Assembly: GCA_038891615.1 (NCBI GenBank)
Contig: JAWADY010000001.1
Location: forward strand, 64,001 to 128,000
Source of the DNA: Candidatus Woesearchaeota archaeon
Lineage (GTDB): Archaea; Nanobdellota; Nanobdellia; Woesearchaeales; ARS49
Length of the DNA stretch: 64,000 nt
Direction: 5' to 3'
Shown: one piece after another, positions 1 through 8,793 of the stretch
Numbering within the stretch: position 1 is the first letter of the stretch
Layout of the letters: every line of letters starts with the position of its first letter
Program-made: the position numbers and the translations under genes
The notes under the pieces: generated by a model
Told to the model about the DNA's origin: nothing
Database searches by the model: none
What the model saw: only the letters and a program-made list of their open reading frames with translations

Positions 1-75
1 CTACCAAATGACCTTGCAGCAATTCTTGTTGAACAGAAAAAAGCACTTTTTTCAGAAGAGGAGAATGAGCCTTGA
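1..75 (+). CDS. 3' end of probable GINS subunit (Gins15/51), partial
   Basis: Frame 1 reads LPNDLAAILVEQKKALFSEEENEP*, resembling the GINS B-domain end (LP...A..L). Position matches the known archaeal PCNA-PriS-Gins15-L44e-S27e-aIF2a-Nop10 cluster. Confidence 0.5.
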   Translation, partial: LPNDLAAILVEQKKALFSEEENEP

Positions 76-127
76 GAAAGGTTTACCAACGCAATGTTTT
101 TAAACCTTCACATTTTCTTTCAAAGCC

Positions 128-442
128 ATGAAGCTTCCAAAAACAAGACGGACATACTGTCCTACATGCAAAAAGTACACTGTGCATAATCTTAGCGAAG
201 CCAAGAGAAAGACTCCTGGTAGCGCGCACCCAATGAGCTATGGAAGTAAGTTGAGGGCAAAGTTGCGCGGAAGAATGGGAAAAGGCAACATGGGTCGTTA
301 TTCTAAAGGAGCACTCTCTGGATGGAAGATGTATGGCAAGAAAACCTCAAAAAAGACAGACATAAGGCTTGAATGCAGCGTGTGTAAAAAGATTAGGCCG
401 CAGGCAGAGGGTTTCAGGGCAAGAAGGATTGAATTCAAGTAA
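128..442 (+). CDS. rpl44e: 50S ribosomal protein L44e (eL42)
   Basis: RTYCPTCKKYTVH and KTSKKTDIRLECSVC zinc-ribbon motifs; basic protein; conserved context. Confidence 0.97.
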   Translation: MKLPKTRRTYCPTCKKYTVHNLSEAKRKTPGSAHPMSYGSKLRAKLRGRMGKGNMGRYSKGALSGWKMYGKKTSKKTDIRLECSVCKKIRPQAEGFRARRIEFK

Positions 443-482
443 AGACAGAATCTGATTTAACCAAATGGCGAGGTGGCTATGA

Positions 483-668
483 ATGAAGCTTTTAAGGGAA
501 CCAAGCACAAAATTTGTTAAAGTACGATGTCCAAAGTGCAAAAACGAACAGATTATTTTTGGCAAAGCCTCTACAACTGTCAACTGTCTTGTTTGTGGGA
601 AATTCTTTGCAGAACCAACTGGCGGCAAGGCGAAAATAAAAGCAAGGATTCTCGAGGTGCTTGAATAA
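483..668 (+). CDS. rps27e: 30S ribosomal protein S27e
   Basis: FVKVRCPKCKNEQIIF...CLVCG...PTGGKA. Confidence 0.97.
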   Translation: MKLLREPSTKFVKVRCPKCKNEQIIFGKASTTVNCLVCGKFFAEPTGGKAKIKARILEVLE

Positions 669-671
669 TCA

Positions 672-1439
672 ATGCTGCTGAAAAAAGAAGGCTTTCCGGA
701 AGAGGACGAACTCGTTCTTTGTACTGTCACTGCTGTGCAAAGTCACTCTGTTTTTTGCAAACTAGACGAATATGAGAAGCAGGGAATGATAAACATCTCA
801 GAGGTTGCACCTGGTAGGATAAGGAACATCCGGGACTATGTCGTCGAAGGCAAAAAGATTGTTTGTCAGGTGTTGCGCGTAGACAAAGAAAAAGGTTATA
901 TAGACCTCTCGCTAAGAAGGGTGAGCGAGACGCAGCGCAAGAAAAAGCTAAATGAAATAAAACAAGAACAGCTTGCAGAAAAGATTGTAGAACAGGTTGC
1001 AAAACAGCGTGATGAACCGCTTGAGGTGCTTTATAAAAAGGTTAGAGCAGTTCTCAAAGATTGGCCAAATCTTTTTCCTGCGTTTGAGAAAGTGGCAAAA
1101 AGAGAACTTAGTCTTGAAAAGGTTGGATTTGAGCCAGAGCTTGCGCGACAGCTTGAAGAGGTCATACTTACTAGAATAAAGCCTCCACAGAAAATTCTTG
1201 AAGGGATACTAACCTTGACAAGCTATGCCAGCAATGGCATACAATTAATAAAAGAAACGCTTTTGGCTGGTTTGATTCCCGGCATTACAATAACATATTC
1301 TGGCGCTGGGAAATATCGTATAGTCTCCATGGCGCCTGAGCCAAAGGAGGCTGAAAGGCTCTTAAAAGAATCTGTGGCAAGGATGATTTCAATCGGACAG
1401 GATAAGAAGTTAGTCATCGAATTCAAAAGGATTGATTGA
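672..1439 (+). CDS. eif2a: Translation initiation factor 2 subunit alpha
   Basis: N-terminal S1 domain (PEEDELV, ISEVAPGRIRNIRD, KGYIDLSLRRV); C-terminal GAGKYRI. Confidence 0.96.
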   Translation: MLLKKEGFPEEDELVLCTVTAVQSHSVFCKLDEYEKQGMINISEVAPGRIRNIRDYVVEGKKIVCQVLRVDKEKGYIDLSLRRVSETQRKKKLNEIKQEQLAEKIVEQVAKQRDEPLEVLYKKVRAVLKDWPNLFPAFEKVAKRELSLEKVGFEPELARQLEEVILTRIKPPQKILEGILTLTSYASNGIQLIKETLLAGLIPGITITYSGAGKYRIVSMAPEPKEAERLLKESVARMISIGQDKKLVIEFKRID

Positions 1440-1450
1440 ACTAAGGCAGT

Positions 1451-1624
1451 ATGAAGCGCATACTAAAGTGTGAAGCATGCGAAAGATATACGATGAAAGA
1501 GATATGTAGTTGCGGTGGAAAGGCTGTTATAACAATTCCACCAAAATACGTTCCTGGCGATAAATATGCTGACTATCGCAGAAAAGCAAAAAGGGCCCAA
1601 TTGGAAGCAAAGGGGCTTCTCTGA
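1451..1624 (+). CDS. nop10: H/ACA RNP protein Nop10 (57 aa, absent from ORF track)
   Basis: Manual translation MKRILKCEACERYTMKEICSCGGKAVITIPPKYVPGDKYADYRRKAKRAQLEAKGLL*; canonical position after aIF2a. Confidence 0.93.
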   Translation: MKRILKCEACERYTMKEICSCGGKAVITIPPKYVPGDKYADYRRKAKRAQLEAKGLL

Positions 1625-1639
1625 AGAGTGTGAATAGCA

Positions 1640-2413
1640 ATGTGGAGACCAATCGCATTTGGAAAAAAGCCAAAGCTGAACAAACCATTTCTCATTGTTG
1701 GGTTGCCTGGGATTGGTAGTGTTGGAAAGATTGCAGTGGATTTTCTCATTGACGAATTGAAAGCAAAGAAAATATTCTCATTCGAGTCAACAGAAATACC
1801 AAGCTTTGCTTTTGTGAATGAGAAAAACCTTGTAGAACTTCCTACCATTGAGCTTTATTTGAAAAAGCGGAACGGCAAAGGTGCACAAGACTTGCTTTTG
1901 CTTGCAGGAGATTACCAACCAATCAACGAAGCCTCTTGTTACGAGTTTTCACAAAAACTATTAGATGTTTGCGTCGAACTTGGCTGTGAAGAATTAGTCG
2001 CCCTTGGAGGAATAGGATTAAAGAACATTCCAAAAAAGCCAAAAGTTTATTGTACGGCCGTAGAAGAAGAAGTTGTAAAGTCTTTTGCAAAAGCAAAGGC
2101 ATCGCCAAGGTTGTACGGCGTAGTTGGCCCAATTGTTGGGACAACAGGTTTGATTGTTGGGCTTGCAGGTAAACGCAAATTAAAGGCTGCTGCTTTGCTT
2201 GCCGAGACTTATGCCCACCCTGCATATCTGGGGGTTATGGGTGCGCGCGAGCTGTTAAAGACGCTTAACAAGAAATACAATCTTGGCATTTCGCTTGAAC
2301 ATTTTGATGAAGAAATAGCCCGCCTTGAAAAGGAATTCGCAGACATTCCCCCGCCTTCCAGACTTCGTGAGCCGACGACAAGTTCCAAGGGTGAGACAAG
2401 TTATATTGGATAG
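1640..2413 (+). CDS. PAC2 family (proteasome assembly chaperone-like) protein
   Basis: GLPGIGSVGKIAVDFL, GDYQP and ALGG motifs; typically follows nop10. Confidence 0.9.
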   Translation: MWRPIAFGKKPKLNKPFLIVGLPGIGSVGKIAVDFLIDELKAKKIFSFESTEIPSFAFVNEKNLVELPTIELYLKKRNGKGAQDLLLLAGDYQPINEASCYEFSQKLLDVCVELGCEELVALGGIGLKNIPKKPKVYCTAVEEEVVKSFAKAKASPRLYGVVGPIVGTTGLIVGLAGKRKLKAAALLAETYAHPAYLGVMGARELLKTLNKKYNLGISLEHFDEEIARLEKEFADIPPPSRLREPTTSSKGETSYIG

Positions 2414-2479
2414 CTTTGTCGACAATAGGTCGTGATTAATCGTCTGAAAAAAGCGGTGATTTATTTAATGGTGATGTAA

Positions 2480-4657
2480 ATGGTTGGTCCGGTGAGTGGC
2501 TCAAGAGCTTTTGCAGGTAAAAGAGGAAAGAGGAATCCAAAAACCGCAGAACAACAGCCTGGCAAGCTTGACAAACAACCTATCATTATCACCAGCGCCC
2601 TTACATATTCGAATGGTCCGTTGCACATTGGGCACATATTAGAATACATCCAAACAGATATAATTGCAAGGGCTTTGAAGAGCTCAGGGAAAGAGGTTAT
2701 TTATTGTGGTGGCGAGGACACTCATGGCACGCCAATAGAAATAAGCGCGATGAGGCTTGGAATTTCTCCCGAACAGCTTATTACAAGATTCTTTAAGGAG
2801 CATAAGGAAGACCTTGATGCCTTCTTTGTTCAGCCAGACTCCTTCTACTCAACACACTCTTCTGAAAATAAAGAGCTGGTTGACTTTGTTTTTAATACGT
2901 TGAGAAAAAATGGACACATCTATAAAAAGGATGTTGAATTAACCTATTGCCCAAAGTGTAGCCGTTTTCTCCCTGACAGGTTTGTGAAAGGAACATGTCC
3001 AAGGTGTGGAGCAGCTGACCAGTATGGTGATGTTTGTGAAGTCTGCGGCAGCAGTTATGCGCCAATCGAGCTCAAGGAGCCTTATTGTGCCATTTGTCAT
3101 AGTGCACCAACAAGAAAGGTATCAAAGCACTACTTTTTTAAGCTCTCATCTTTCTCAGACCAACTTGCTGACTGGCTGACTTCAAACAAAGCACTTCAGC
3201 CAGAAATAAAGAATCATGTTTTGCGATGGATTGAAAGTGGTTTGCAGGACTGGGACATAAGCAGGGATGGTCCTTATTTTGGTTTCAAGATTCCAGGGGA
3301 AGAAAATAAATACTACTATGTATGGATGGACGCACCAATAGGTTATATCTCGAGTCTTGCACATTGGTTTAAGGGCGACCTGCGCAAGGCTATTGAGTAT
3401 TGGAATAATGCCTATATTTTGCACATAATTGGCAAAGACATATTCTATTTTCATTTCCTTTTTTGGCCAGCCATGTTAATGGCAGCAGGTCTAAGAAAAC
3501 CAGACAGCATACTAGTTCATGGCTTTGTTACGATAAATGGAGAAAAAATGTCAAAGTCCAAAGGGACTTTTCTTACAGCAAAGGACGCGCTGAAAATTGC
3601 AAAGCCTGAATATTTTAGGTGGTATTTTGCATCCCATCTTGGAAGGACATTGGCCGATGTGGATCTAAATTTAACAGAGTTTAAGGAAAAAATAAACAGC
3701 GACCTCGTTAGCAACATTGCAAACTTTTGCTACAGGGTTCTTTCATTTGTTAACAGCCATCTAGACTCAAAGCTTGGCCATATCGACCCTGTAGATAAAG
3801 ATGTTTGTGAAGCATCGTTAGAAATAATAAAAAAAATAAAAACCGCTTATCTTAATTTTGAGATAAAAGAAGCTGTAAAAGGACTTCTTGAGCTTTCTTC
3901 TCTTGGCAACGCTTATTTCCAAAAAAACGCTCCTTGGAAGCTTATTAAAGGAGGTGTGAATGAAAAGATTAGGGCAAAATCTGTTGTCACCCTTGCAACA
4001 AACATTGTCAAGAATATTGCCATTCTCTCATATCCAATCTTGCCATCATTTTCAGCATCGATTGAAGCCCAGCTAAGGCTTAAAAACCTAAACTTTTCCG
4101 ATACAGGCTTTAATCTTGAAGACAGAAGTATTGGTACTGCAAAGGCTGTCTTTACAAAGCTCGTTGACATAAGGCTTACTGCAGAAGAACCATTTTCAAA
4201 GCTTGAGCTAAGGGTTGGAAAGATAATTGAAGCAAAAGTCCATCCAAATGCTGAGAAGCTTCTTGTGCTACAGGTTGATCTAGGTAGCGTTGGGAAGAGG
4301 CAACTTGTTGCAGGTATAAGACAGTGGTATACACCTGAAGAGCTCGTTGGCAAAAAAGTACTTGTGCTTGTCAATCTAAAACCCATAAAGCTGAGAGGAG
4401 TTGAAAGCCAAGGAATGATACTTGCGGCAAAGCGAGGAACTGATACAAGATTGGTTGAAGCAAAAAGCTCAGAGCCGGGTGATATTGTTTTTGTTGATGG
4501 TGTTGAACAAAAGCCAGAAAAACAAATAAAAATAGAACAGTTTGCGGATGTGAAACTTGTAACACGAAACAAAAAGGTCTTTTACTACGACAAACCATTA
4601 AAAACAAAAAAAGAAGAGCTGATTTCAGACATCGGCGACGATGCTGTTATTTCTTGA
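2480..4657 (+). CDS. metG: Methionine--tRNA ligase with C-terminal tRNA-binding domain
   Basis: HIGH (LHIGH), KMSKS, zinc knuckles, YVWMDAPIGY and a C-terminal OB domain (LRGVESQGMILAA). Exact start uncertain. Confidence 0.97.
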   Translation: MVGPVSGSRAFAGKRGKRNPKTAEQQPGKLDKQPIIITSALTYSNGPLHIGHILEYIQTDIIARALKSSGKEVIYCGGEDTHGTPIEISAMRLGISPEQLITRFFKEHKEDLDAFFVQPDSFYSTHSSENKELVDFVFNTLRKNGHIYKKDVELTYCPKCSRFLPDRFVKGTCPRCGAADQYGDVCEVCGSSYAPIELKEPYCAICHSAPTRKVSKHYFFKLSSFSDQLADWLTSNKALQPEIKNHVLRWIESGLQDWDISRDGPYFGFKIPGEENKYYYVWMDAPIGYISSLAHWFKGDLRKAIEYWNNAYILHIIGKDIFYFHFLFWPAMLMAAGLRKPDSILVHGFVTINGEKMSKSKGTFLTAKDALKIAKPEYFRWYFASHLGRTLADVDLNLTEFKEKINSDLVSNIANFCYRVLSFVNSHLDSKLGHIDPVDKDVCEASLEIIKKIKTAYLNFEIKEAVKGLLELSSLGNAYFQKNAPWKLIKGGVNEKIRAKSVVTLATNIVKNIAILSYPILPSFSASIEAQLRLKNLNFSDTGFNLEDRSIGTAKAVFTKLVDIRLTAEEPFSKLELRVGKIIEAKVHPNAEKLLVLQVDLGSVGKRQLVAGIRQWYTPEELVGKKVLVLVNLKPIKLRGVESQGMILAAKRGTDTRLVEAKSSEPGDIVFVDGVEQKPEKQIKIEQFADVKLVTRNKKVFYYDKPLKTKKEELISDIGDDAVIS

Positions 4658-4713
4658 TAATCCGCATATGTAAGCTTGCAAAAATTATAAAAGCAAAAAA
4701 TCACCTGATTGAT

Positions 4714-5310
4714 ATGAATTATAGGAAATTGTCAAGTTGGTTTGCAACAGCGCTTCTCCCTTTACTTTTTTATCTCCTAAGTATACTTGTCGTAGTCTAT
4801 TCCGAACATTTCCACCAAAAAGAGTTTGAGAAACTTGGAATTCCCCAAAATTTGAGAGAGCTTGATGGAAAAATTCTTTCTTACTTTGCGACGGGAGATG
4901 AAAAGGTGATTGAGAAGACAGGACTAAGAGAGGCTGAAAAAAGTCACTTGGCTGATGTGCGGAAGCTTGTAAAAGATGCAGAGAAGATTTTTGCGGTACT
5001 GCTTTTATTCTGGTTATTGGTTTTTTACACCAGCAATGAGAGAAAGAATGCACTTTTTGTTGGTAGTCTTTTGATAATAAGTATTCCTTTAATCTTAGCA
5101 GCAATCCCATTTGACAGCCTTTTTGTTGCGTTTCATCTTATAACCTTTCCACAAGGAGGATGGCTTTTTCCTCCTGGATGGGTGCTCACGCAAGTTTACC
5201 CAGTTGCTTTCTTTAGAGATGCTGCAATTAGCATAGCTCTTCACGGAGCGATTTTTGGAATCGTTCTTATGTTTTTTTCCAAGTTTGGAGATGAAAATTT
5301 TAATGCTTAA
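4714..5310 (+). CDS. Integral membrane protein, DUF1461/TIGR01906-like
   Basis: EKSHLADVRKL and FVAFHLITFPQGGWLF motifs, about 4 TM segments. ATG 4714 lies ~25 nt after a TATA-like TTATAAAA. Confidence 0.75.
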   Translation: MNYRKLSSWFATALLPLLFYLLSILVVVYSEHFHQKEFEKLGIPQNLRELDGKILSYFATGDEKVIEKTGLREAEKSHLADVRKLVKDAEKIFAVLLLFWLLVFYTSNERKNALFVGSLLIISIPLILAAIPFDSLFVAFHLITFPQGGWLFPPGWVLTQVYPVAFFRDAAISIALHGAIFGIVLMFFSKFGDENFNA

Positions 5311-5414
5311 AAGGATAAACTTTTCTGATGCTTAATGAAAAGAATGTGCTAAAATTGTAAGCAGCATGCTCCACAGAAATATATTTAAATGGCGATTAGG
5401 GATAAATTTTTAAT

Positions 5415-5503
5415 GGGCGCATAGCTCAGCCTGGTAGAGCACTTGGCTCTTAACTTCTTTGATAGAGACCAAGTGGTCGGGGGTTCAAATCCCCTTGCGC
5501 CCG
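5415..5503 (+). tRNA. tRNA-Lys(CTT) with 15-nt intron at 37/38 (5453-5467)
   Basis: Acceptor GGGCGCA/TGCGCCC, D stem GCTC/GAGC, anticodon stem CTTGG/CCAAG, loop CT-CTT-A|A, T loop TTCAAAT, discriminator G; CCA not encoded. Confidence 0.93.
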
Positions 5504-5506
5504 TTT

Positions 5507-5704
5507 CACCGAACGCTAGCGAGGAGCGTCGCAGCAAGGGAACGAAGTGACCGTTGGCGAGACGCCCGCAGCAAGTGAGGTGAAACCACCGAACGCTAGC
5601 GAGGAGTGTCGCAGCAAGGGAACGAAGTGACCGTTGGCGAGACGCCCGCAGCAAGTGAGGTGAAACCACCGAACGCTAGCGAGGAGCGTCGCAGCAAGGG
5701 AACG
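5507..5704 (+). repeat. Tandem 80-bp GC-rich imperfect-hairpin repeat, ~2.5 copies
   Basis: Units start at 5507, 5587 and 5667; identical except C>T at 5607. Confidence 0.95.
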
Positions 5705-5731
5705 CTGGCAATAAAAAACAAACATCCTAAA

Positions 5732-6802
5732 ATGCCGTCAAAAAGAGGTCAGCTGACACTTTTTATAATGATTGGAGTTTTTGTTCTTATTCTGCTGGTA
5801 GCTGCAGTATACCTAAACAGCTATCTGCAGGCAAAGAAATCTGAAAAGGTCCTTTTGACAACCCTTAAGCTTGCGCATCGTCCAGAAGTAATCACTCCAA
5901 CAGTCTGTGCTGATGGCACTGAGATTGGAAGCTGTTCAAAAACAAAGCCCTTCTTTTGCAACAAACAAAAAAGGTTAGTTGCAGACTGTCAGCGTTGTGG
6001 CTGCTTTCCAGGTAGTGACTGCCTTCCTGACGGGACCTGCACCAAACCTATTTTTACAGAAGGCAACTTTACCATTTACTTTTTGCCAATAAATTATGCA
6101 CCAAACGAATCAGGCTTTCTTAGTAGGGTTGCTGTTCTAAAGGAGCTACTTCAGGCAGAGTTGGGGCTTTCTGAAAAAAATTTTGTAATCATAGACGAAT
6201 CTCTTTTTTTTCCAACCACAGAGTGTAATCAAACAGCAAGCCAACTTCATCGTTTTGTTGATGTGTGGGCACAAAAGCGCACAGGCGCTGGTCTTGGAGG
6301 TGTAAAATTTACAGCCGGCATTCCTATTTATGATTACAGGATAATTGGTTTGGACAAGAACAACCAATCAATCGAGAACTGTGGCTGTGGATACACCTTT
6401 ATGTATTCACCATTAATTTACATAGGTGGAGCGGCCTGCAGCTTACAGCAAAATGCGCTGGCACACGAGATAGGACATAGCTTTGGTCTTTGCGACGAAT
6501 ACGACACTTGTGTTTGGCAGGCAACCTCTCTTGAGCTTTCAAACGCCTATGGTCATCCTTGTTTCAATAAAATGCCTGATGAAAATAATAGCAACTGCGG
6601 AAAGCGTTGTTGTGCAGGCGAAGAAGGACATCCTTTTGGCAAGGCATGTTGTGCTGGTAAATATGCAGACAAAAAAGAAGATGGCTGGTTTAGCTACCTT
6701 GGCTCTTCTAACATCCCCCCTCCTCGAAGGTCAACAGCAGAAATGAAAGCAGTCATTTTGGAATTTTTGTGCACCAATCTTGGGGTGTGTCAAGATGTTT
6801 GA
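5732..6802 (+). CDS. Cys-rich zinc metallopeptidase with class III (pilin-like) signal peptide
   Basis: From ATG 5732: MPSKRGQ|LTLFIMIGVFVLILL; zincin motif AHEIGHSFGLCDEY. The ORF-track extension upstream is just the repeat. Confidence 0.75.
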   Translation: MPSKRGQLTLFIMIGVFVLILLVAAVYLNSYLQAKKSEKVLLTTLKLAHRPEVITPTVCADGTEIGSCSKTKPFFCNKQKRLVADCQRCGCFPGSDCLPDGTCTKPIFTEGNFTIYFLPINYAPNESGFLSRVAVLKELLQAELGLSEKNFVIIDESLFFPTTECNQTASQLHRFVDVWAQKRTGAGLGGVKFTAGIPIYDYRIIGLDKNNQSIENCGCGYTFMYSPLIYIGGAACSLQQNALAHEIGHSFGLCDEYDTCVWQATSLELSNAYGHPCFNKMPDENNSNCGKRCCAGEEGHPFGKACCAGKYADKKEDGWFSYLGSSNIPPPRRSTAEMKAVILEFLCTNLGVCQDV

Positions 6803-7469
6803 AAAGGAAAGAAAAGGTTGGCAAAGGGCATGTATTACCTACTTCGGCATCATTCTTTTCTTTGTTTTGCTATCAAAAGTTGTCCTAGCAGAGTCTGAAA
6901 AGGTATTAAATTTTGACTTTATTGTTATGAAAAATGGCAGTGCACAGTTCAGCGATGCGAGGGTAAGTTTTGGTACCGCTGACCAGCCAAGCAGCCTTAG
7001 ACAGGATTGGTCTATTCGGTTTGGCAATTATTTTAGCTACATCCCACTTGTTTTTGTTCTTTATAAGGATCCGCCAGTGCTTGTTGACAGTTTGTTGGTA
7101 TCAAAAAAGCTTCCCTACACAAACAACACTGGTGTTCTTGAAGTTGCTTTCAAAAACAAAACCGTCCTGGCTTTTGATTTGGTGAAGCTTTGTGATGGAG
7201 ATAGCTTTTGTGAAGAGTTTGAAAACGCCCTCAGTTGTCCTTCTGATTGCCCTCTTGACAGGGTTGATGAGCTTTGCATTCCTGCTTTTGATGGCATCTG
7301 TGACCCAGACTGCATTGGCTCGTTAGACACTGATTGCATTGAAAAACAACTCCGCCCTTCACCGCTTACTGGCTCGACAATAATGCTTGTTTTAATTGCA
7401 GCAGTCATTTTATTTGTTATTGCTTTTCTTTTTCATTACATGAGAAGGAGGAAAGATACTTTTAAATAG
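6795..7469 (+). CDS. Secreted membrane-anchored Cys-rich protein
   Basis: Signal peptide, CDGDSFCEEFENALSCPSDC and DGICDPDC motifs, C-terminal TM with basic tail; overlaps the upstream stop. Confidence 0.7.
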   Translation: MFEKERKGWQRACITYFGIILFFVLLSKVVLAESEKVLNFDFIVMKNGSAQFSDARVSFGTADQPSSLRQDWSIRFGNYFSYIPLVFVLYKDPPVLVDSLLVSKKLPYTNNTGVLEVAFKNKTVLAFDLVKLCDGDSFCEEFENALSCPSDCPLDRVDELCIPAFDGICDPDCIGSLDTDCIEKQLRPSPLTGSTIMLVLIAAVILFVIAFLFHYMRRRKDTFK

Positions 7470-7506
7470 ACGAGTAGCAAAGGGATGGCTTGAAAAGGGG
7501 TGTGAC

Positions 7507-8772
7507 ATGTCAAATATCCTTTCTGTCAAGGCAAGGCAGGTGTTTGATTCGAGAGGGAATCCAACAGTTGAGGCAGAGGTACGTACTGCAAAAGGGGTTT
7601 TTACAGCAATAGCGCCTTCTGGCGCAAGCGTGGGCAGACATGAAGCGCTGGAACTTCGCGATGGCGGTGCTGCATATCTTGGTAAAGGGGTTCTAAAGGC
7701 GGTTGGGAATGTCAATAGGTTGATCGCAAAAGCGATTGTTGGAATGAGCTGCATCAATCAGCGTGAAATAGATAAGACTTTGATAGAACTCGATGGGACA
7801 GAAAACAAATCAAGATTGGGAGCTAACGCAACGATTGCTGTTAGCATGGCCGTCTGCAGGGCTGGCGCTGCAGAGCAGCGAGTGCCACTATACGAGCACA
7901 TTGCGAGGCTTTTTAAGAACAAGAGGCCACTTTTGCCAATGCCTGCCTTTAACATAATCAATGGTGGACGTCATGCTGGCAATAAGCTCGACTTCCAAGA
8001 ATACCTGTTGATTCCAAAAGGTGCAAAGTCATTTGCAGAAGCTATTCAAATTGCGACAGAGGTCTACCACATTCTAAAGGACAAGCTTGACAGAGATTTA
8101 GGGACAATGGCAACAAATGTTGGTGATGAGGGTGGTTTTGCACCACAACTGAATTGCATCGAAGAGCCATTTGATTACATTTTGGATGCGGTAAACGAGC
8201 TTGGCTATTGGAAAAAGATAGGGCTTGGCGTAGATGCTGCTGCAACAACATTTAGGGAAGGCAATGCTTACAGAGTTGAAGGTCAGAGCTATACAACTCC
8301 AGAGCTTATAGCAAAATATGAAGAACTCACAAAAAGCTATCCTTTAATTTCAATTGAAGACCCATTTCATGAGGAAGCTTTTGAAGACTTCGCAGAACTG
8401 AATGTGCGAATTGGCAAGAGAGTGCAAGTTGTTGGCGACGACCTGCTCACAACAAACATATTAAGGATAAAAAAAGCCTTATTGCACTCATCATGCACTT
8501 GTTTGCTGTTGAAGCCAAATCAGATTGGAACATTGACAGAGAGCTTTGAAGCCGCAAAGGTTGTTCTCGATGCAGGGTGGTCAGTTATGGTTTCGCACAG
8601 GTCGGGTGAAAGCGAAGATGCCTTTATTGCAGACTTGGCTGTTGGTTTGGGAGCTGGACAGATAAAAGCAGGAGCGCCCTGTCGCGGAGAACGACTTGCT
8701 AAATACAATAGACTTTTACGAATTGAAGAAGAGCTTGGAAGGAAGGCGAAGCTTGCCAAGTTTCCAAAGTGA
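7507..8772 (+). CDS. eno: Enolase
   Basis: DSRGNPTVE, PSGAS, GDEGGFAP, VGDDL, KPNQIG, SHRSGE, ERLAKYN. Confidence 0.98.
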   Translation: MSNILSVKARQVFDSRGNPTVEAEVRTAKGVFTAIAPSGASVGRHEALELRDGGAAYLGKGVLKAVGNVNRLIAKAIVGMSCINQREIDKTLIELDGTENKSRLGANATIAVSMAVCRAGAAEQRVPLYEHIARLFKNKRPLLPMPAFNIINGGRHAGNKLDFQEYLLIPKGAKSFAEAIQIATEVYHILKDKLDRDLGTMATNVGDEGGFAPQLNCIEEPFDYILDAVNELGYWKKIGLGVDAAATTFREGNAYRVEGQSYTTPELIAKYEELTKSYPLISIEDPFHEEAFEDFAELNVRIGKRVQVVGDDLLTTNILRIKKALLHSSCTCLLLKPNQIGTLTESFEAAKVVLDAGWSVMVSHRSGESEDAFIADLAVGLGAGQIKAGAPCRGERLAKYNRLLRIEEELGRKAKLAKFPK

Positions 8773-8793
8773 GCAAAAGGTGATAAAATTAAG

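Noticed and set aside
5507-5704. Possible CRISPR array
   Set aside because: The 80-bp units are near-identical throughout, with no unique spacers, and there are no cas genes in the window.
5385-5731. ORFs 5385-5669(-), 5516-5725(-) and the 5606 start of the peptidase
   Set aside because: These are translations of the tRNA and repeat; the signal peptide begins at ATG 5732.
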